From positions 18,097 to 82,096 of the forward strand of contig JAFEGA010000003.1 in assembly GCA_018240285.1 (NCBI GenBank): 64,000 nucleotides of DNA. Direction: 5' to 3'. Below, one piece after another: positions 20,441 to 28,893 of the stretch (position 1 is the stretch's first letter; every line of letters starts with the position of its first letter). The DNA is from Pseudomonadota bacterium. GTDB lineage: Bacteria > Pseudomonadota > Gammaproteobacteria > Burkholderiales > Nitrosomonadaceae. A program made the translations under genes and the position numbers. The notes beneath the pieces were generated by a model that was not told the origin of the DNA, did not search any database, and saw only the letters and a program-made list of their open reading frames with translations.

Positions 20441-20842
20441 ATGACCAATTACGTCACCATAAAAAAATTCTGTGCCGATACAGGATATTCACCTGATGCT
20501 GTTCGGTCAAAAATTTCACACGGTGACTGGGAAATCGGTAAAGAGTATATTAAGGCTCCGGACGGAAGAATTCTAATCAACATTGAAGGTTTTGAAAAAT
20601 GGGCGGAAAGTACCCCTGGCGTTCGAGAATCCAGCGAATCATCGATTGAAATCGATATCCGTTACAACGGTAAGTGCTGCCGTGAACGTCTCGCACTTAA
20701 GCCCACCCCCTCTAACTTGAAGAAAGCCGCGCAGCACCGAGCGGCGATTTTCAACGCATCGATGCCGGAACATTTGACTATGCGTACACATTCCCGAAAT
20801 CAAAAAACGCGCACAAATTCGCGCCATCGCAATACACCGTAA
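20441..20842 (+). CDS. Excisionase-like protein; C-terminus altered by a frameshift into the integrase frame
   Basis: YVTIKKFCADTGYSPDAVRSKI...KAPDGRILINIEGFEKW, typical of phage Xis immediately before int. Confidence 0.7.
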   Translation: MTNYVTIKKFCADTGYSPDAVRSKISHGDWEIGKEYIKAPDGRILINIEGFEKWAESTPGVRESSESSIEIDIRYNGKCCRERLALKPTPSNLKKAAQHRAAIFNASMPEHLTMRTHSRNQKTRTNSRHRNTP

Positions 20843-21745
20843 AAACCTATCTCACCGAATGGCTGGAAAATAAACGACCGGTGCTGAAGGCCAGCACACA
20901 CAAAGACTACACAAAAACGCTGCTGAATATCATCGTGCCGCGCTTTGGCGCCACACTGCTGCACATGCTCACCCGCAACGATATCCGGCAATGGATCGCC
21001 ACAGTGGATTGCTCGAATAAACGCATCGCAAACATACTCAGCCCGCTTCGCGCCGCACTGCAAGACGCGCATCATGACGACCTGATTCAGTCAAATCCGC
21101 TGTTCAATTGGACGTATAAACGCAACGAGCACCGCCGCAGAAAATGCACGTTGACCCGTTTACACAGGACGAACAGCAAGCAATCATGGAAACCGCAACC
21201 GGACAAATCCGGAATCAGTGCATCGCATTTTTTTGGATAGGCATGCGCACCAGCGAATTGATCGCGCTGGAATGGACAGATATAGACTGGAAGCGTAAGA
21301 AAATCACAGTGAACAAAGCACTCACAACGGCCGCAGACTCGGACGAAACCACAAAAACAAAAACCGGAACGCGCGAAATCGACATGCTTGCGCCGGTAGA
21401 ACAAGCACTCATCGATCAGAAACAATACACGCTATTGCAAGGCAGAAAGATTTTTTTGAACCCGGCAACAGGGAAAATATGGACGGGAGATCAGCAGATC
21501 AGGAAAACTTTCTGGATCCCGTTATTGAAAAAAACAAAGGTTAGATACCGTAACCCATACCAAACGCGCCACACCTACGCATCCATGATGCTATCGGCCG
21601 GTGAGAATCCGGCATGGGTTTCAAGTCAAATGGGACACTCAAACATCATGATCACGCTGCGAACATACGCGCGATGGATACCCAGCGATAACAGCAAGGC
21701 GGCAAAGCTCTCAAGATGTTTTTTGCAAAAAACGCAGAAAAGTAA
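20599..21745 (+). pseudogene. Tyrosine integrase with Arm-type N-terminus, multiply frameshifted
   Basis: MG.KY(P)GVR..SESSIEIDIRY...RERLALKPT, then MRTSELIAL, TKTKTG, YRNPYQTRHTYAS and QMGH spread over at least 4 frames; points toward tRNA-Ser. Confidence 0.9.
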
Positions 21746-21862
21746 CAACAAAAAGACCGAAGATTTATCAGCCATACTGACCAAAACATGCAAAAAGATG
21801 ACCAATTATGACAAAATACAGTCATTATTTTGTATGTAAGTAATTGATAAATAAGTAAATGC

Positions 21863-21954
21863 TGGCGGAGAAGGCGGGATTCGAACCCGCGGTACGGTTT
21901 GAGCCGTACACACGCTTTCCAGGCGTGCACCTTCAACCACTCGGTCACTTCTCC
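21863..21954 (-). tRNA. tRNA-Ser(GGA)
   Basis: GGAGAAG/CTTCTCC acceptor stem, anticodon loop CTGGAAA, long variable arm, GGTTCGAATCC, encoded CCA. Confidence 0.97.
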
Positions 21955-22036
21955 AGCAAAGTTCGACAAGGGGCAAAAGAATAAACCAGATTGCAGTTTC
22001 GGGCAAATTTGTTTTTAATGAATGCCGATTAAATAC

Positions 22037-22516
22037 TTAGACTAAATATTTCCACACAGAGAAAGTGGCACCTTGTCCCCCTATGGTGCCATCAGGTTTA
22101 TGGATATTCCAGATGAGAATCGGATCGGCCAGAAAACGTTGGCCGGTGCTGGAAATTCTGATGCCTCTGTAATCAGCAATATAGCCTTGCTTTTTCACTT
22201 GTTCCAGCATGCGGGAACGTTCTTCCCGTTTACCGGGTTCCGCCGTCAAGCGGGATGGGGTTTGGGTAAATTGCTGCCAATTCATCGCCCATAAATCGAG
22301 CGCTGCCTGATTGCCGTAATTCAAGACTGGATCGTCTTCCGTGCCGTGCGATGCTACAACAAATGCACTGTTGAATAGCCGCTCCGCTTGTTCTAGCGGC
22401 GTGCCCGTGCGCACGATCAATTCCTGCTTTACCCAGTGCGCGTAGCTATCGAGCAAATACTGGCACCATTGCACCATTTCGGGATCGGTCCAGTTAGTGT
22501 GCTGCAGATCAATCAT
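22037..22516 (-). CDS. Stand-alone MEKHLA domain protein
   Basis: FVVASHGTEDDPVLNYGNQAALDLW...PSRLTAE...YRGIRISSTGQRF pattern. Confidence 0.9.
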   Translation of the reverse strand: MIDLQHTNWTDPEMVQWCQYLLDSYAHWVKQELIVRTGTPLEQAERLFNSAFVVASHGTEDDPVLNYGNQAALDLWAMNWQQFTQTPSRLTAEPGKREERSRMLEQVKKQGYIADYRGIRISSTGQRFLADPILIWNIHKPDGTIGGQGATFSVWKYLV

Positions 22517-22526
22517 TTGGCAAGAA

Positions 22527-25112
22527 TTACAACCCTAAATAGCCTTTTGCGATTCGATAATAAACAATCCGCAAGGGTTTGCCTTCACGTGTGATTATCA
22601 TGCTCTGTATCGGTCCGGGCTGATCGAGAAGTCTGGTGATGTCATTGCCAGCACGATCATGCTCAAGGTGTGGTCGCTCCATGCCAACCAGAATGATGGG
22701 CCGGGTGGTGGGCGCTTCCGATGGATGCCAGACTTCATACATGGCGCCGCTGTCGCCAAACATATTGCGTGAGCGGATATCCATTGGTTCACCATGCCGA
22801 TTGTAAAAAGACATCGCGCTGGAAACCGACCATTTACTCATGCCCACGACAAGCGGTTTTTGCCCTGTTTCCCGCTGCACATTTTCGGCAATCTTTTCGA
22901 TCTCGTTGGTGGTTTCGCGCCAATAGTAACGAGTCATGAATGACGGATAGGGTACTCCCGGAATCCCGAGCACGACGTAGTGCAGCACGAGCGTATAGGC
23001 CACGATGGAAATGGCGATGGTCGGCTTCCAGGCGGCTTGAATGCGGCCAACCATGCTGCGCGGATTGACATCCTGCCCCATCATCCATGCCATAGTCGGC
23101 ACTATGGCTAGCCAAAGGGGAGCGGTCCAATGAAAACGCAATGAATCAAACATACTTAAGACAATAAATATGACCAGCGGCACACCTGTGAAGATGCATA
23201 CAAACAGTTTACGTCTGTGTGCCATCTCACTGCTGTTTGGCTGGTTTTTGGGCAGCAGCGCCCAGAGTGCGGCAACCAAACCCACGGGCGATAACAGCAC
23301 CAGCAGATCTACGAGCATAAGATGGAGTGAAAATAAATCATCGCCGACACCGCGCACGCGCGATGACTGAAATACGATCGAAGACCAATGATGTTCCAGA
23401 TTCCAGATAATGACCGGGGAAAACAGTAGTAGCGCCAGCAATGCAGCAAGGTATGGATGGGGACGGATCAGCCAGCGGCGCGCAGCCGGATCGACAATTG
23501 CAAATAACAATGCGGCTATACCGAGCAATCCCAGCGTATATTTGGACAAAATGCCGAGACCAAATGCGATTCCCATACCCAGCCACGCCAAACTGCGGTT
23601 TGCGATCAAGGCGCGTTCCATGTAATAGAGCGTGGCAGCCCAGGCGGCCATCACCGGTGCATCCGTTGTCATGAGAAAGCCGGTGGCAAAGGTGAACGGC
23701 AAAATAGCCAGCAACAGCGCAGTGCGTATGGCGGTCGATTTGTCATACAGATTCTGTGCCAAAGCATACAGAAAACCCATCGTGATCAAACCGCAAAGAA
23801 ATGCACCAATCCTGACACCGAATTCAGTATCGCCGGCGACTGCGGTACCGAGCCAAATCAACCATGCCACCAGGGGCGGATGGTCGTAAAAGCTTAAATC
23901 CATGTGCTGCGCGTAATTCCAGTAGTACGCTTCATCTGGAATCAGCTCTGTTTGACCGAGGTAGATCAGACGCAGCAATACGATGAGTGCGATGATTCCA
24001 ATTGAAGCAACACGCCAGCGCACATCCGGAGCGGGTGAATTCTGTGTCGCGGATGGCAAGTAAAAGACGGATCCCAAGTAAACTATGATTGCGCTAACCG
24101 CAGTGGCGGGAAAAATAGCCAATAGCGGCGGCGTATGCCACTCATAAACCAGCAAAGCCAATAAGCCGCCACGCATGAACAGCGCAATACCGCCAAGCGC
24201 TGTAAAACGGCCAATCAGGCGCCAGTCCAGTTGTCCTTCTGGTTGTAGCCGGAATAATTCGCGTGAATTGAATGCGTACACTGCCGCAGCAGCGAGAAAG
24301 CTCACGATATGCGCCAATGCCACTCCGGCGCCGCTGCTCATCAATAGCTGGTAGATTACAATATCGATAAGCGCGCAAAACAGACCGGTTGTCACATGCC
24401 GCTTGGTATCATGAATAGCAACTGCACCGCCCGCAAGCACCATCAGCCTCTCTAAATAAGCCCATTGGTGGTGAAACGACAATTTCGAAGTGCCGCGTGT
24501 CCGGTCGCGAAAGCAGATGGGGATCTCAATAACTTTCAGTTTGCTTTGTCCAGCCATCAACAATTCGAGCAGAATCTTATAACCGCGCGCTTGCCCGGAA
24601 ACGGCTGAGGCCAGTTCGCGGCGGAAGGCAAAAAAGCCGGAAGTGGCGTCGTTGACATCGCATAGCGGGCGTGCCAGCCAGCCGCCAACGCGCGATAACC
24701 ATTGCCGGTGCAACGGCCAGCCTTCGGTACTGCCACCGGGAACGTAACGGCTGCCGACGGCGATATCGTGACTGCCGTTCAATACCGGTTCCACAAGCGC
24801 ATGTAGCCGCTCGGGCGGATGACTCAGATCGGCATCCATGACGACAATGACTTCGCTCTTCGCGGCAGCTGCGCCAGCCAGAATCGATGCGATCAAATCG
24901 GGCTTTTCCGTGCGCTCAATCAGTCTTACGTGCGCTTTTTCCTCCCAAGCATGAACTTTCTCGGATGTGCCGTCGCGCGAACCGTCGTCGACGAAAATAA
25001 CTTCAAAACTATCCGGCGGCAGATCCAATGCAAGTAGCGAATTTAATAAGGGATCGATGTTGTCAGCTTCATTCAATGTCGGAATGACGATGGAAAATTG
25101 TGTTGAGTGCAT
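22527..25112 (-). CDS. Fusion of DPM1-like GT2, GtrA-like domain and ArnT/GT39-like transferase
   Basis: IPTLNEADNI, VDDGSRDGT, MDADLSHPP, SGFFA (GT2); 4-TM GtrA-like middle; LIPDEAYYWNY...YDHPP (GT-C) with many TM segments. Confidence 0.88.
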   Translation of the reverse strand: MHSTQFSIVIPTLNEADNIDPLLNSLLALDLPPDSFEVIFVDDGSRDGTSEKVHAWEEKAHVRLIERTEKPDLIASILAGAAAAKSEVIVVMDADLSHPPERLHALVEPVLNGSHDIAVGSRYVPGGSTEGWPLHRQWLSRVGGWLARPLCDVNDATSGFFAFRRELASAVSGQARGYKILLELLMAGQSKLKVIEIPICFRDRTRGTSKLSFHHQWAYLERLMVLAGGAVAIHDTKRHVTTGLFCALIDIVIYQLLMSSGAGVALAHIVSFLAAAAVYAFNSRELFRLQPEGQLDWRLIGRFTALGGIALFMRGGLLALLVYEWHTPPLLAIFPATAVSAIIVYLGSVFYLPSATQNSPAPDVRWRVASIGIIALIVLLRLIYLGQTELIPDEAYYWNYAQHMDLSFYDHPPLVAWLIWLGTAVAGDTEFGVRIGAFLCGLITMGFLYALAQNLYDKSTAIRTALLLAILPFTFATGFLMTTDAPVMAAWAATLYYMERALIANRSLAWLGMGIAFGLGILSKYTLGLLGIAALLFAIVDPAARRWLIRPHPYLAALLALLLFSPVIIWNLEHHWSSIVFQSSRVRGVGDDLFSLHLMLVDLLVLLSPVGLVAALWALLPKNQPNSSEMAHRRKLFVCIFTGVPLVIFIVLSMFDSLRFHWTAPLWLAIVPTMAWMMGQDVNPRSMVGRIQAAWKPTIAISIVAYTLVLHYVVLGIPGVPYPSFMTRYYWRETTNEIEKIAENVQRETGQKPLVVGMSKWSVSSAMSFYNRHGEPMDIRSRNMFGDSGAMYEVWHPSEAPTTRPIILVGMERPHLEHDRAGNDITRLLDQPGPIQSMIITREGKPLRIVYYRIAKGYLGL

Positions 25113-25344
25113 CTCAGAGAGTGGATTAGTTAGTTTTTTGATTGTTGCAGCAAAAGTGAATTTTTAACGAAAGCGCAAATATATTTATTATTCACAATAT
25201 CTTCACTATGGTTAATCTATCATTTACTTGTTTAATGCGATATGGTTAAACTTATGAATATCAATTATTTTTAACATAACAGGGAATATCTGGGAGCCGA
25301 TTGTGTAATGAAATCGCTGTCAGTATAAATTAGGAAAACAACAA

Positions 25345-26649
25345 ATGGGGATTGATTTAGGGTTTGACAGGATTGTCCGGGATTTAAGCGGTGCGAGATG
25401 GATTCTTTCTCAATTAACGGAAGATGATACGGCGGCAACGTCGATTCATCGCTATTTCCGGCGTATCGTCTGGAATGAGAGTGGTTTTGCGGATCGCTGT
25501 ATTATGCTGCTAGTGTTACCGCTTATGCCTATTTTGATCATTGCGCTGACAGTGGTTTTCACGGCGCTCAATGGATACGCGATAAAAAAACGGACGGGGA
25601 AAGGAATTGTCCGCCAAGCTTATGAGCAAATCGGTGTTGCATGCCGTTTTGCAATTTTACCACCCTGGTACTATATCTTTGAGTTACACGATGACGACAA
25701 AAGGCTGCGCGCCAATGAATATCTCAATCGTTTTGAAACGAAGGCCGGGCTGTACCTTTTTCTGCGGAATAATAACGGCGGACTTCCGGTTCCTGCCGAA
25801 CGCACGACGCAATGCATCCGGGACAAGACGCTCTTTATGGTACATTGCCGGAAAAATGGCGTTACCGCGGCGCCTATTCTTTGGATAATCAAGAATAAGG
25901 AAATTATACCGGTGGATTGGGATAAATCCGGTTTTCCGGAGTTTGATCTTTTCATCAAACCGCTGAACGGGCAAGGCGGCAGAGGGACGATCCGCTGGGA
26001 TTATCTGGAGGATGGGCAATTTCTCTGTAACGATGGAAGCCGCGCAAATGGAAGTCAGGTGCTCGAAATTCTGCGGCAAAATTCGGAACACACGGCTTAT
26101 ATCGTGCAACCACGGCTGATTAATCATCCCGAAATTGTTGATTTAGCCTGTGGCGCGTTGGCGACCGTGCGCGTTATGAGTTGCCGCAATGAAACGGGCG
26201 ATTATGAAGTCACCAATGCGGTCTTCCGCATGAAGCGCTACGCGGATGTAATCGTCGACAACTATCACGCAGGCGGCATTGCGGCCAATGTCGATATCGA
26301 AACGGGAGTGCTGGGGGCAGGCACGCGCGGCGGTTGGGGCGTGGTGACCGATGGCTGGTATGAAGAGCATCCCCTGTCGCATACCGCGATACCACAGCGT
26401 AAGCTTCCGTGCTGGGATACGATGATCGATTTTGTGCAGGATGCGCACAATCGCCTTTTCCCGGATCAAGTAGTCATTGGTTGGGATGTCGCCCTGCTCG
26501 AAAATGGTCCATGTCTGATCGAAGCGAATAAAGCACCGGATTTGGACATCATTCAACGCGCACAGAAAGGACCGCTGGGAAATGAGCGGCTCGGAAAACT
26601 CCTGGCATTCAATCTACAACGGACAATCGAAACCAAGTATGCGCATTGA
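25345..26649 (+). CDS. Sugar-transfer-associated ATP-grasp family protein
   Basis: DK..F, FIKPLNGQGGRG, IVQPRLINH, TVRV, DNYHAGG, GWDVA...LIEAN. Confidence 0.8.
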   Translation: MGIDLGFDRIVRDLSGARWILSQLTEDDTAATSIHRYFRRIVWNESGFADRCIMLLVLPLMPILIIALTVVFTALNGYAIKKRTGKGIVRQAYEQIGVACRFAILPPWYYIFELHDDDKRLRANEYLNRFETKAGLYLFLRNNNGGLPVPAERTTQCIRDKTLFMVHCRKNGVTAAPILWIIKNKEIIPVDWDKSGFPEFDLFIKPLNGQGGRGTIRWDYLEDGQFLCNDGSRANGSQVLEILRQNSEHTAYIVQPRLINHPEIVDLACGALATVRVMSCRNETGDYEVTNAVFRMKRYADVIVDNYHAGGIAANVDIETGVLGAGTRGGWGVVTDGWYEEHPLSHTAIPQRKLPCWDTMIDFVQDAHNRLFPDQVVIGWDVALLENGPCLIEANKAPDLDIIQRAQKGPLGNERLGKLLAFNLQRTIETKYAH

Positions 26650-26724
26650 TCAGGGAAAGCGGATCATAACGCCGATTTTAATAAACTGTTCAATCGATAA
26701 TACATCTTTCAATAAAATGACCAT

Positions 26725-26750
26725 AATCCGGTATAATTCGCTACCGGATT
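26725..26750 (+). promoter_or_regulatory. 9-bp inverted repeat overlapping a TATAAT box upstream of the Kdo-hydroxylase-like gene
   Basis: AATCCGGTA-N8-TACCGGATT; TATAAT at 26732-26737. Confidence 0.5.
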
Positions 26751-26782
26751 GTCTTCGTTTCTGAATAACTCGAGGGTATAGC

Positions 26783-27736
26783 ATGATCAATGAGCAACAT
26801 GTCTCCAAAAGCGATGAAACTGAAATCCTGAAAATGTTCACTATTGAGCCTGGAATGAATATGTCATCGCCTGAAGTGCAACGCGCGGCTATTCAAACTC
26901 TGGAAGGTGGAGGGCTTATTTATCTTCCGAAAGGAGGGTTTGAGCTTTCCGAGCGGGAAAGGGAATTGATATCCGATACCGCGAATATCCTGACGCGCGT
27001 ACCCGATGTTGAAAATGGCAAACCTACGATTATTTTCGACCCGAAAAACGGACATATCAAGAAATATCATTTTGCGCAAATACACGGCAAGATGGTGCGA
27101 GCCCAGATCAAAGACGCAGCTTATCGCGATCTGGAGGTCATTATGGCGCGTTATGGACAATGGACTGAGAATATCATCACTCAACTATTTCCCAGCTACC
27201 GCCAAGCACTGGACCGCAAACGGGTTACTTACCGCCCTTTTGCACGCAATAGCACGCAAGCGCTGCATATAGACTCAAGCTATGGTTACCCCACGCAAGG
27301 GAAAAGCATGTTGCGTGTTTTTACCAACATCAATCCGGTTGGCCGGTTACGGGTCTGGCAGCTCGGTGAGCCTTTTGAGCCTTTTGTGCAACGTTTTCTC
27401 CCCGGCGTGCATGTCAAAGGTCCTTCTTGGTTTTCTAAACTGTTAGCCCAGCTTGGTATCGTTGATGGTGTTAAGACTAAATATGATCAATACATTGCGG
27501 CGCTACGCGCACTCGGCATGCGTGATAAGGAATACCAATCCAGTGCTCCGCGCCAATTGATGGAATTTCCCGCCGGAGCAAGTTGGATTGCAATTACCGA
27601 TTTGGTGCTGCATGGTGCAATATCGGGGCAGCATAGTTTGGATCAGACATTTTATTTGCCAGTCGAAGCGATGAACGATCCAGCGCGTTCACCGTTGCGC
27701 ATTCTGGAAAGATTGACTGGTGAAGCGCTGACTTGA
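26783..27736 (+). CDS. Kdo hydroxylase (KdoO)-family dioxygenase
   Basis: LEGGGLIYLP, LHIDS (HxD), LRVFTNINP...RVW..GEPF, YDQY, F.AGASW...LHGAISGQ.SLDQTF. Confidence 0.8.
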   Translation: MINEQHVSKSDETEILKMFTIEPGMNMSSPEVQRAAIQTLEGGGLIYLPKGGFELSERERELISDTANILTRVPDVENGKPTIIFDPKNGHIKKYHFAQIHGKMVRAQIKDAAYRDLEVIMARYGQWTENIITQLFPSYRQALDRKRVTYRPFARNSTQALHIDSSYGYPTQGKSMLRVFTNINPVGRLRVWQLGEPFEPFVQRFLPGVHVKGPSWFSKLLAQLGIVDGVKTKYDQYIAALRALGMRDKEYQSSAPRQLMEFPAGASWIAITDLVLHGAISGQHSLDQTFYLPVEAMNDPARSPLRILERLTGEALT

Positions 27737-27796
27737 GCACAGATACAGATAACAAAGGAAATTAGCTGAAAAGAATACATTTTTCATAAACCACTT

Positions 27797-28888
27797 GTGA
27801 TGGAAATGAAGTCATCAGCAGAGGTGTATTTTGGCGGCCCGGATCAGTCCGCAGGTTATCTGCGCAATGTGCTGGAAGAGCACATTGCTGCTGTTCCATC
27901 CGGCGGATCGATTGATTGGGTTACATATTACTTTCGTGACCTGAAGCTGGCTGAAGCGCTTATTCAAGCGCGCAAGCGCGGTGTTAAGGTTACTTTAAGC
28001 CTGGCAGGTAAACCGCGCACCGCCGATGCTAACGATGCTGTGATTGCCATGCTATCGGGGCCGGAAGGTTTGGGCGATGGCTTGCGTCTCGTGACCTTCC
28101 CAGGGTTGCCAGCTCCGCCAGGGCGGACATGGGCGCCACAATTGCATGAAAAACTTTACTGCTTTTCTCATCCCAAACCCATTGCGTTTATCGGCTCATT
28201 TAATCCGTCCGGAAATCAGGCGGAAGAAAGGCTCGATATCATCCGCGAGATCGGCGATCAAGATAAGGGTTACAATACATTGATAGGACTTACCGATGCA
28301 GAGTTGGTTACGCAACTGGTAAAGCACGCGCGCAACCTGCATAAGGCACAGCCGGGATTGTTTTATCGTTTTTCGGCGGATGCCAATAAAGCGATCCAGA
28401 GTGGCGATACTACCCTTCATTTCTGGCCGCGTACGCGCTCGCATCCGGTGATGCAATTTTTAAGCAAAGTAAGCGATAATGCGCATGTACGCATTTTTGC
28501 GTCGCATATCAGGAGCAAAGCAGCGGTTAATTTTATGATTGAGCTGGCGAGCCGCGGCGTTGATTTGGAGATTTTCGCCGAGGCGACATACCGGCGTGTC
28601 ACATCGAAGGTCGAGCAACGCTTAATGTCCGCCGGAGTTCGCTTTAAGCGCAGCCGGAATACGGATGAGTTGCCGATGCATCTCAAGTTAGTGCTGGTGG
28701 AGGATCGCGGTCAAGTATGGTCTATTTTCGGTAGTTTTAACTGGACTAATCCATCCTTCTGGCTCAATCACGAGATTGCGGCTATTTCAAGCGATCCGGA
28801 ACTATTCAGAGTGTTTTCGGAGCGTTGTGATTGGATAGAAAAAAGGGATTTCGTACTACCTGTGCAAACAGATTTGGTCACTGCGTGA
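27797..28888 (+). CDS. Phospholipase D-superfamily protein, two degenerate HKD domains
   Basis: QLHEKLYCF...GSFN and MHLKLVLVED...GSFNWT...N.E. Confidence 0.8.
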   Translation: MMEMKSSAEVYFGGPDQSAGYLRNVLEEHIAAVPSGGSIDWVTYYFRDLKLAEALIQARKRGVKVTLSLAGKPRTADANDAVIAMLSGPEGLGDGLRLVTFPGLPAPPGRTWAPQLHEKLYCFSHPKPIAFIGSFNPSGNQAEERLDIIREIGDQDKGYNTLIGLTDAELVTQLVKHARNLHKAQPGLFYRFSADANKAIQSGDTTLHFWPRTRSHPVMQFLSKVSDNAHVRIFASHIRSKAAVNFMIELASRGVDLEIFAEATYRRVTSKVEQRLMSAGVRFKRSRNTDELPMHLKLVLVEDRGQVWSIFGSFNWTNPSFWLNHEIAAISSDPELFRVFSERCDWIEKRDFVLPVQTDLVTA

Positions 28889-28893
28889 TAAAA

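Larger units (their letters stand above)
15467..21889. mobile_element. Decayed prophage-like integrative element at tRNA-Ser(GGA)
   Basis: 20-bp direct repeats, IHF consensus WATCAANNNNTTR at 15502-15514 and (reverse) 21837-21849, xis-int next to the tRNA, ssb pseudogene, AT-richer cargo. Confidence 0.87.

Noticed and set aside
25207-25249. TATGGTTAA direct repeat as a PhoP-type box
   Set aside because: The 34-bp spacing does not fit the 11-bp repeat, and the region is very AT-rich, so chance is likely.
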